Below, one piece after another: positions 56,701-64,000 of a DNA stretch of 64,000 nt; position 1 is the stretch's first letter; every line of letters begins with the position of its first letter. The notes beneath the pieces are model-generated. The model worked only from the letters and a program-made list of their open reading frames with translations, ran no database searches and was not told the DNA's origin. The stretch comes from Paramoeba atlantica (taxonomy: Eukaryota; Protista; Discosea). Made by a program: the position numbers and the translations under genes. Location: assembly GCA_977017575.1 (NCBI GenBank), contig CDRNVI010000043.1, positions 186,001 through 250,000 on the forward strand. The letters are read 5' to 3'.

Positions 56701-59700
56701 TAGCAGAAATCTTATGCACAGTTATATCAAAGCATATGACACACATTATCAGGAGTTTCATACCTTGGCGGATCGGCACTTTTTTGAATATGATCTGATG
56801 TATCAGTGCATCCAATGAAGCATGAGCAATATTCTTTTCATGCCCTTGCCTAAGTTGTAGATACAGCCGAAATACATAAGGAGCAAACCTCGCGCAAGAC
56901 ATGGATGTAATTAGTGCACCACAATTTTCGATTGTTATTGTTGGTCTCTTGGACAAAAACATGGATAGTAAGTGAGCCTTTTCTTTTTGATGATTTGGCG
57001 AATATTGATCCAGAACAGATAAGGCGTGCAATACGCAAGTTATGTCGTGCGAGGGTACAGATGAATAATTGTATGCCATAATGCCAAGAGCAGCTTCCCA
57101 CTGTGTAGAGAGAACCGATAGTGCTAATCGAAATACTTTTACAGAAATGCGAAATCGTGAAAGGACGGTGGGGTATGAAGGATGCTCGTAAACGAGCTTA
57201 AAAGTCCACAGAGCTATTTCCCAAGCACCCAGTTTTTTAGCCTGCAAAATAAAACTTTCAAAGTTGCAACGAATCCAATCCATTACATCTTTCCTCGCAC
57301 AGAAACAACTAAGACGGTTTCGCAATTTATCAGTAATTTCGGATGCGCTGAAAAAAGAAATACATGTAGTTGTGTCATGTACTGCGGAATTCCTCCTTTT
57401 ACCGTCACAAATATAAGTACTAGACTCTTCAATGGCTACCCGATGCGCAATACAGTGTCCACTAAGAGCAGATTGCAAAACAACGTCGGCTTCACTAGAA
57501 GACAAAGGGTCCTGCAGCCACTTCCAAAGGAGACTCGGCAAAGCGGGTGATGAGAATTTTGCGTAACCGATTTTTATTAAAAGCGCTTCCCGAATTGCTG
57601 GAGTCGCATTTTCAGTGATTAGGTGAAGAACTGCGTCTTGTTTCTCGGGAACTAAAAATAGAAAGTGAGGTACAAGAGTGGACAAACATGAGTCTATTTC
57701 GGAAATATTTCGTCTTATAGCTAATGGAAACCGGTTAACTACGTCACCTAGTATAAATGCTAGCTCATGCGAAGAACTAGACTGTATTTTTTCAGCCATG
57801 CTTCGCAACAAAATTCTTAGCACCGACTGAGCTTCTAGCGTACTACTATTGCTTATATTCCACATTAGATATAGTGTGTGCAATTGTTTTAGAGAAAACA
57901 CACGATTTCCGTGCCTCAATAGCTTTGTAAAGATATTCGCTGGTATTTCTCGTAAGAATAAAGTGGAGAGCAAATAGGCTTCATGATATGCTCCAATCTC
58001 AAGTATGCTATCCACCTGTTTAATGACGGAATTCTCGAACTCGATTCGTAAAAGTTCAGTATCGCTTTGAGCATCAGTGACATTGCTGTCTAGGGCATCT
58101 AAAAATCGAGTTTTTTCGCAAGTTGATTCGTTCCACTGTAGTGCCGTACCGGAGGAGTATGACAGAGCACGGAATACGACTAAAGCTGATACCCAGTCCT
58201 GAGTTTTGGATGCAATATTGCTCTGATCCACAATAGTAGATTTGAGGTTGTCACTATAACGAAGTCTAGCCTTCTTATCGTACAAATTATGTAATCGAGC
58301 CCTTGTTTGCCTTTCGCCAACATCATTTTCCCATATTTTCATTAAGGGCATAAAATATTCATGTATCGGCAGGTCATTAGGATTCCGTTTTCCCAACATC
58401 CATAGTGCTTCTCCAAAAGAGAAGCACAGTGCGTGCGCAATTAAGAGTTTCTTTAGAGGAGTGTTGTTGTCTAGGCGCTCGAGACATTCATGGAGATAAA
58501 AATAGAACCTGTTTCTGTCAAGAAGAGGAAGAACCGCAGCAACAACGGATGGGCACTCACGTATGGCCAAGCTACTGCCAAAATAAAGCTTTAAGGCTTG
58601 TAACCAAGCATTCTCTGCCCGTAACGTACCGATACGAGTTTCTATGTTACTGCGCATGACATTAAGCTGACTGTCATACTGTAGTACGCAACGGGCGGCC
58701 AATTTGTAAAGAAAATTCAATTTATTTGCTATTTGTGCATCACATCTTATGTATTCTGCGCTTTCAGTGCGTATTATATCGTGCCTTGCTATGTGTGCAT
58801 GACACAACTCGATTAGGGAATAGTAAGAATCAGTTCGCATTTCGTAAGCACATACAAGAGATTCTTTTGCGAACCAGCAAACGAAGTATATACTATCTGG
58901 CACCGTTCCGGATAATAGAAGAAGCGTGTCGAATACTAGTAGGAGATAATGTCGTGTCTGAACACTTGTAGATAATTTGTACAGCTTCGTAGCTTCAAGC
59001 CAGGATAGATTCGCGAGGTATGAACTACTTCTGGCGTGATTTTTCATCTGGGGTATAATATAGCTCATGCAGCTTTCCACATAGCTTATCATGTGCTCAG
59101 TCTCACAACGTCCTTTTTGTATTTCACGCATAGCAAGTTGCAAAGCGTTTGTCCAGAGAGAATTCCTATGATAACTCCTTATAAGAACACTGCTGTGCAT
59201 AAAATTTGGATCTATGATAGTTCGATATAATTTCAAAGTAACATTCCACGGAGCATCCACGAATCGTTGATCAAACATCTCGTACAATATTCTCAGAGGG
59301 AACGCTTGAGCTATGGTATCCTTTGATTGCTGCCATGAGTGTCCGTGCATCCTGCCCCATAAATGTGTAGACGTCGAACTCTCCAGACCTTGAAGTGAAC
59401 TACAAGCGCGATACACAATGCCAAGAAAAAACAATGATGTCATCCAAGATGCAGATTGGAAATGTGACTGCGAATACTTTAAAGCTTCGTTCACCCTCCT
59501 CGAACATATCCACAAAACCGCTATCGTTGGAGGACGTCTGGTAAAGTCTATCCGACATAGGACATTTGATGAGATGCTCAAAGCCCTCTGCCAAGGATGT
59601 TCGTGAGACAGAATATAAGCCAGCAAGACAAGCGTACCTGAGGAAAAGGTTCCTCGACGAGGCATACCCGACAAGCATTTCTCCCATGAAAGATTTGATC

Positions 59701-59884
59701 CGAGAATCCGGTTTCGAACAGAAAAATCATCGAGATTAAATAACTCCGAGTAATTGTTTGTGTCACTTGGTCTTAAAGACCCATTTTGACCCAATGCAGA
59801 TATGTTACGATTTTGCGAATAATGTACATCGAGATTATGTAAGCCAATGTTGTGTTTGTATCTCTGCAAGCATTGTTTCCACAT
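53759..59884 (-). CDS. 2041-aa helical-repeat (PPR-like) protein
   Basis: Many W-x-x-A-L-x-(L/V)-F/Y motifs (WQRAL, WTNALQL, WLQALKLY, WVSALVVF, WEIAL, WEAAL, WQDAL...). Confidence 0.7.
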   Translation of the reverse strand: MWKQCLQRYKHNIGLHNLDVHYSQNRNISALGQNGSLRPSDTNNYSELFNLDDFSVRNRILGSNLSWEKCLSGMPRRGTFSSGTLVLLAYILSHEHPWQRALSISSNVLCRIDFTRRPPTIAVLWICSRRVNEALKYSQSHFQSASWMTSLFFLGIVYRACSSLQGLESSTSTHLWGRMHGHSWQQSKDTIAQAFPLRILYEMFDQRFVDAPWNVTLKLYRTIIDPNFMHSSVLIRSYHRNSLWTNALQLAMREIQKGRCETEHMISYVESCMSYIIPQMKNHARSSSYLANLSWLEATKLYKLSTSVQTRHYLLLVFDTLLLLSGTVPDSIYFVCWFAKESLVCAYEMRTDSYYSLIELCHAHIARHDIIRTESAEYIRCDAQIANKLNFLYKLAARCVLQYDSQLNVMRSNIETRIGTLRAENAWLQALKLYFGSSLAIRECPSVVAAVLPLLDRNRFYFYLHECLERLDNNTPLKKLLIAHALCFSFGEALWMLGKRNPNDLPIHEYFMPLMKIWENDVGERQTRARLHNLYDKKARLRYSDNLKSTIVDQSNIASKTQDWVSALVVFRALSYSSGTALQWNESTCEKTRFLDALDSNVTDAQSDTELLRIEFENSVIKQVDSILEIGAYHEAYLLSTLFLREIPANIFTKLLRHGNRVFSLKQLHTLYLMWNISNSSTLEAQSVLRILLRSMAEKIQSSSSHELAFILGDVVNRFPLAIRRNISEIDSCLSTLVPHFLFLVPEKQDAVLHLITENATPAIREALLIKIGYAKFSSPALPSLLWKWLQDPLSSSEADVVLQSALSGHCIAHRVAIEESSTYICDGKRRNSAVHDTTTCISFFSASEITDKLRNRLSCFCARKDVMDWIRCNFESFILQAKKLGAWEIALWTFKLVYEHPSYPTVLSRFRISVKVFRLALSVLSTQWEAALGIMAYNYSSVPSHDITCVLHALSVLDQYSPNHQKEKAHLLSMFLSKRPTITIENCGALITSMSCARFAPYVFRLYLQLRQGHEKNIAHASLDALIHQIIFKKVPIRQGMKLLIMCVICFDITVHKISANEAQLIPSWLRKVQQKDLVSLKKECQRSANELAELESSFLSHCLSEIISVTMNPLDCLLDFVAFGIIPEVHDYENLYNRGFLKSGSQLPNAGQKEAAQPVKEVLRTALLYHRLRRSTWRACLDFNIPLPPLSVCDSPEHRKLKQHLEARNWKFIVDQTEQLVLGSSSSANIVIMAHKLSSCERAIMGYLREVVMILLDHKEITLCIKLCITAINFSSDQRLVACSLRTICGRGDCDLPGTSSLLLTALSMLFLRKSELENAEGRFDFSLNLTYSALNLAFFDLLSRNSECLLRNYEILKTVDVPWGSIPSDTIEKYFSVLKQAKKEKQQILVSTALPYGLLCKGVKVYASAKRMLHESLREILRCNISWKEAASLITTNYFPAPLDVLLERLMLSRVLVDTPHGSACFMWQDALTLVNTHAPGESDLLNDLWGSAYFCGAPWKIILSSFLSLSISRRSLKKWCQVLVNVSINRPGLIQHTFQIFAMDLSLQKRSRESNEVPRVGINCTDEIQADAQTELFYFHWSVGLQVLLKLPHPEKLLPTIAYSCLHSLMNSNKNKTVLALANWMHERVGKRFLTDHRVASLLRLCLHCRAPRISVDLSSKLIERSLDLKQEWWFSLQDIALQQDLLSTKKLSWRQCLNLLGRQETVRKEVKEALAAQLLTSISRISRDSWWIAVLLFAKNHSVVFENSSILLRWLNILTSSNWEYATRVMEHIKPLCSLGIRHRFLQLIMSQLLHTGKAQRALQIYEHYVDARGPQTDLMPVYMAAQEQSALLRALSHVNSATELCSLLSQTHWSWSESLRVLRSRKLVRLVDAKVVIVVLRKFHHGCVPALVKTFSALCHTFSSLMLSVFLLKQLKEIQIRAGTYAFWMCALTAAEFMLREKPALEESSAPMSLTGVSKTQAKVRNKIDIKLLASIVQLLLKNTEDWLSSLRIVKCLSATDTRLLLDTVESANMQNELPKHAHLLINSLSQIESR

Positions 59885-60189
59885 GCTGAGTACCTATTAT
59901 GTTCTCTCAGATGCCTCGATTCTCGGCATGTGTTTAATTTCCAAACTCGTCATTCAAGAAAAAGAAGCAACACGAATTCGCGATCAGACCTGTTGTCGAG
60001 CTAGTGCAAAATGTCCTTACGAGTACCCGCATTCAAGGCGCAGAGAAAACGCAGGGAGATGCATCCAATAAATGTACAAAGAAGTATCAGATCAATTATC
60101 GCCAACCATTTCATTGTATCAATTCGACATGTAGATTTGCAAACTATTTGTTCGCTGTAATTCTGTTGATAATATCAATAGTAAATGTT

Positions 60190-60594
60190 TTATCTCTTTT
60201 TGAAACAACCTGCCTCATACAAAATATAAATCATCACAACTAGTAATATGCAAAAACAAATGCCATATGCTATCATACGACTTTTCCCCAAGTTCTTTAG
60301 GGCGTAACGGACTTGAGAGCCCAAATTATCCACCGACTGCTGTGTGTGTGATATTTTTAGCGTAGAATCTTGCAGTGCACGTCCTTGTGTGTGTAGTTCA
60401 TCTTGAATTTGGCGCGCATTCTCATGGAGACGACCAACTCCAATTTCTATTCGATTTACAGCGCTATCTATAACGTCGTCTTGCTCTCGAAATTCTGAAA
60501 GAATATTTCTAGCTTCGAAGTGCTTAAAGGCAGACATTTGAGAAGGGCTCTTGAAATGAGATTCCGAATCAGGAGGTATGAATTCGCTTCTCAT
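60190..60594 (-). CDS. Qc-type SNARE (syntaxin 6/8-like)
   Basis: EQDDVID...IQDELHTQGRAL SNARE coil and C-terminal TM helix. Confidence 0.8.
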   Translation of the reverse strand: MRSEFIPPDSESHFKSPSQMSAFKHFEARNILSEFREQDDVIDSAVNRIEIGVGRLHENARQIQDELHTQGRALQDSTLKISHTQQSVDNLGSQVRYALKNLGKSRMIAYGICFCILLVVMIYILYEAGCFKKR

Positions 60595-60843
60595 TAAATT
60601 TTTTTATTTGCACTTTGAAGCAAATTTGATACATTTTACAGAAATCAAATATCGTTGAATCAAACTTATAATAATTACAATAATCTGTCATGAATAAATT
60701 TTCATGTGAGTGAGCCCAAATACCGACCTACAATATCCTTTAGCGAAACCGTATTATCTAATTACAGTACCCTTTAAAAAACCGTATTGTTACCCACAAA
60801 CTTCATCTAAAGAAATTTGCATCATCACATTTTATAGTAAAAT

Positions 60844-61644
60844 TTATACTATGACTGTAGAAGGGATAAAGCCTTCCACGTATTCGTCAATGTTATTTCC
60901 AAGTAAGTGTAATGAACGAAGATTGCGCGGAAGCTTTCGTAAATCCAAAACTCCTGAAAATCGGTTCTGAGCCAAACTTAGCTTCGTCATGCCTCGTGGC
61001 AAAGATGTCAACTCGGGACAAGAGGATAAATCATTTCCATCCAATAGCAGCAGTGTGAGTGTATCGGGGAGAGTACGTAAATCTACGCTTCCATGAAAGT
61101 TGTTGCGAGAGAGCTGAAGCATTAGAAGGAGAGGTGGTAAGGCCTCAAGAGCTAAAGTCCCACTGAAGCGATTCGCGGAAGCGTTCAGAAGCGATATGCT
61201 CTGCGGAAGATGCGACAGGTTGAGCGGCCCGTCCAAAACGTTGTCGTGTAGCCAGAGTTCAGAAAGCTTGGGGGGTAGTGTAGTGGTGTCCACAGAGCCC
61301 CGCAGTTGATGACGGTAGGGATGCTCCGCGTTCACCAGTAGAATGCGAAGTGTCCAGGGCAGATATTTCCAAACGAGGACGCCTGAGAGATTGTGCCCCT
61401 CTATCTTTATTACCACCTCTTCCGCATCACATATGACACCCATCCAAGAACACACAGCGGTGGAGGCAGACCATGAATCATGCTTGTTGTCAAGCTCCGC
61501 AAGAAGTTTTTCCATTTCTATTTGAGCCGGCAGCGTGGCACTCGAGATTTTCCCCACTCGTCGCCGTTTCTTCGGGTTGTAACTATCAGCAAAAAGAAAT
61601 CCAGAAGCTTGAAAAGTTGAAAACACCAAGATACCCGAAAACAT
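60844..61644 (-). CDS. Leucine-rich repeat protein
   Basis: Repeats such as LWLHDNVLDGPLNLSHLP and LSLAQNRFSGVLDLRKLP after a VCSWMGVICD cap. Confidence 0.88.
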   Translation of the reverse strand: MFSGILVFSTFQASGFLFADSYNPKKRRRVGKISSATLPAQIEMEKLLAELDNKHDSWSASTAVCSWMGVICDAEEVVIKIEGHNLSGVLVWKYLPWTLRILLVNAEHPYRHQLRGSVDTTTLPPKLSELWLHDNVLDGPLNLSHLPQSISLLNASANRFSGTLALEALPPLLLMLQLSRNNFHGSVDLRTLPDTLTLLLLDGNDLSSCPELTSLPRGMTKLSLAQNRFSGVLDLRKLPRNLRSLHLLGNNIDEYVEGFIPSTVIV

Positions 61645-61804
61645 TCAAAAAAAGAGAAGAAAACGTCTTCAAAAAATACCTTTTACTTTGTTTCTCGTCT
61701 CCTAACGTAACAGGTAAATAAATTTGTGAATGTCGTATACCTCCCTCTTTTGTTAGCCCTACTTTATCTCACTCCAACATTGTTCGTCCGGCTTTTCCGC
61801 TTCT

Positions 61805-62560
61805 TCAAATTGTACACAACTCTTTTGCAAGAAACCCCGCCGCCTGGCGCATCCATTCCGCCGGACGCACACTATTATGATCCCCCTCGACCCGTACCAA
61901 AGTACACTTCCCACCATAACCCCTTCTTACTTTCTCACTATGCTCCACTGGCACCAACCCATCTTCAGTACCATGCACCATCATGCACGCACACCCACAC
62001 TTCCTCGCATCCTCCGCCACATCCAACTCTCCGAGCTCCATCCCCGACCGCTCCCTCAACGCATCCCCCAGTCCTCTCACCACCGTATCCCCAACCACTC
62101 TCGGAACCCACCACGCCCCCAGTCCTGTACGCTCCAACACGAGTTGTTGTAACGAACAAAACACACTATCCAGGACCAACGCCCTCACGATCCCACCCCC
62201 TCCTTGCCCCCCCTCCCTCTCATCCCCCCCGTGCGGAGGACAGCCCCTCCCCTCCCCCCGTTCCCCCCCCCACCGGGCCGCGTACCTCACCGCGGTGGCT
62301 GCGCCCATACTCCGCCCCCACAGCCCGACCCGATCCACCCCTTGCGCCCGCACGTACCCCACCACCGTCCCCAGGTCCCCCGCCTCGTGGTACCCCAGCG
62401 TGACGAGGTCCCCCGTGCTGGCGCCGCAGCCCGCAAAGTCAAAGCAGAGGACCGTGAGGGGGTGGTGGGGGAGGAGGTGGGGGAGCAGCGCGGTGGCCTC
62501 GCGGCGGGACCCCGCGTTGCCGTGGCAGTAGATCACACAGGGGAGGGAGCGGAAGGGAGG
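61805..62560 (-). CDS. Alpha/beta hydrolase (ABHD17/S33-like) catalytic domain; 5' part lies upstream through the repeat
   Basis: PCVIYCHGN, FDFAGCG, GRSMGA (nucleophile), HGTEDGLV, GDHN; no in-frame ATG upstream of GRSMGA. Confidence 0.88.
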   Translation of the reverse strand, partial: PPFRSLPCVIYCHGNAGSRREATALLPHLLPHHPLTVLCFDFAGCGASTGDLVTLGYHEAGDLGTVVGYVRAQGVDRVGLWGRSMGAATAVRYAARWGGERGEGRGCPPHGGDEREGGQGGGGIVRALVLDSVFCSLQQLVLERTGLGAWWVPRVVGDTVVRGLGDALRERSGMELGELDVAEDARKCGCACMMVHGTEDGLVPVEHSEKVRRGYGGKCTLVRVEGDHNSVRPAEWMRQAAGFLAKELCTI

Positions 62561-62569
62561 GGGGGGGAG

Positions 62570-64000
62570 TGGTAGTAGTCGTCGTACTCGTGTTACGCGG
62601 GATGCTCGTAGTAGGGGTAGTACTCGTGTTACTCGGGATATTTGTAGTAGTAGTCGTACTCGTGTTACTCGGGATATTTGTAGTAGGGGTAGTACTCGTG
62701 TTACTCGGGATATTTGCAGTAGGGGTAGTAGTCGTGTTACTCGGGATATTTGCAGTAGGGGTAGTACTCGTGTTACTCGGGATATTTGCAGTAGGGGTAG
62801 TACTCGTGTTACTGGGGATATTTGCAGTAGGGGTAGTACTTGTGTTACTCGGGATATTTGTAGTAGGGGTAGTACTCGTGTTACTCGGGATATTTGTAGT
62901 AGGGGTAGTACTCGTGTTACTCGGGATATTTGTAGTAGGGGTAGTACTTGTGTTACTGGGGATATTTGTAGTAGGGGTAGTACTCGTGTTACTCGGGATA
63001 TTTGCAGTAGGGGTAGTACTCGTGTTACTGGGGATATTTGCAGTAGGGGTAGTACTTGTGTTACTCGGGATATTTGTAGTAGGGGTAGTACTCGTGTTAC
63101 TCGGGATATTTGTAGTAGGGGTAGTACTCGTGTTACTCGGGATATTTGCAGTAGGGGTAGTACTTGTGTTACTCGGGATATTTGTAGTAGTAGTCGTACT
63201 CGTGTTACTGGGGATATTTGCGGTAGTAGTCGCACTCGTGTTACTCGGGATATTTGCAGTAGGGGTAGTACTCGTGTTACTCGGGATATTTGCAGTAGGG
63301 GTAGTACTTGTGTTACTCGGGATATTTGCAGTAGGGGTAGTACTCGTGTTACTCGGGATATTTGCAGTAGGGGTAGTACTCGTGTTACTCGGGATATTTG
63401 CAGTAGGGGTAGTACTTGTGTTACTCGGGATATTTGTAGTAGTAGTCGTACTCGTGTTACTGGGGATATTTGCGGTAGTAGTCGCACTCGTGTTACTCGG
63501 GATATTTGCAGTAGGGGTAGTACTCGTGTTACTCGGGATATTTGCAGTAGGGGTAGTACTTGTGTTACTCGGGATATTTGCAGTAGGGGTAGTACTCGTG
63601 TTACTCGGGATATTTGCAGTAGGGGTAGTACTCGTGTTACTCGGGATATTTGCAGTAGGGGTAGTACTTGTGTTACTCGGGATATTTGCAGTAGGGGTAG
63701 TACTCGTGTTACTCGGGATATTTGCAGTAGGGGTAGTACTCGTGTTACTCGGGATATTTGCAGTAGGGGTAGTACTTGTGTTACTCGGGATATTTGTAGT
63801 AGTAGTCGTACTCGTGTTACTGGGGATATTTGCGGTAGTAGTCGCACTCGTGTTACTCGGGATATTTGCAGTAGGGGTAGTACTCGTGTTACTCGGGATA
63901 TTTGCAGTAGGGGTAGTACTCGTGTTACTCGGGATATTTGCAGTAGGGGTAGTACTCGTGTTACTCGGGATATTTGCAGTAGGGGTAGTACTCGTGTTAC
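62570..64000 (-). repeat. 36-bp tandem array (~40 copies, runs off the window), probably coding TANIPSNTSTTP repeats
   Basis: Unit tactcgtgttactcgggatatttgcagtaggggtag; open minus frame act gca aat atc ccg agt aac acg agt act acc cct. Confidence 0.9.

Noticed and set aside
12686-59884. Functional cluster of mitochondrial genes (ATP23, EF-P, EF-Tu, MPP, PPR-like)
   Set aside because: They are interspersed with unrelated genes; kinetoplastid polycistrons are not functionally organised
61726-62575. Plus-strand Pro-rich ORFs
   Set aside because: Antisense shadows of the GC-rich hydrolase
62570-63847. LLQISRVTRVLP-repeat N-terminus of the 680-aa ORF
   Set aside because: Non-ATG start, and the repeat variants are non-synonymous in this frame but largely synonymous in the adjacent one
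62570-64000. Telomeric repeat
   Set aside because: The unit is 36 bp and contains GTAGGGG, not TTAGGG arrays

Overview
Eukaryotic, intron-free DNA in which essentially every gene lies on the minus strand. This fits a kinetoplastid-type polycistronic unit; the trypanosome-like MPP-alpha and an RRM-like family protein support that, and a Perkinsela-like/early-branching lineage is only a guess. Host genes: SpoU-type methyltransferase, ATP23, UTP20, mitochondrial EF-P, PGM3, mitochondrial EF-Tu, CNOT11-like, glutathione synthetase, DEAH helicase, MPP-alpha, a 2041-aa PPR-like protein, Qc-SNARE, LRR protein and an alpha/beta hydrolase. Intergenic DNA is crowded with MITEs, a broken Tc1/mariner transposase, a foldback element, a LINE fragment and satellites. 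The highlight is a 7.26-kb tyrosine-recombinase retrotransposon (36663-43918, minus; gag-like, YR, RT/RNase H, the VIPER/TATE order). It starts with a canonical twister ribozyme predicted to cut 19 nt inside its 5' end. Its two ends are not repeats of each other: both are mirrored side by side in one internal complementary region (42258-42421) that reconstructs the circle junction around a shared TGA trinucleotide.
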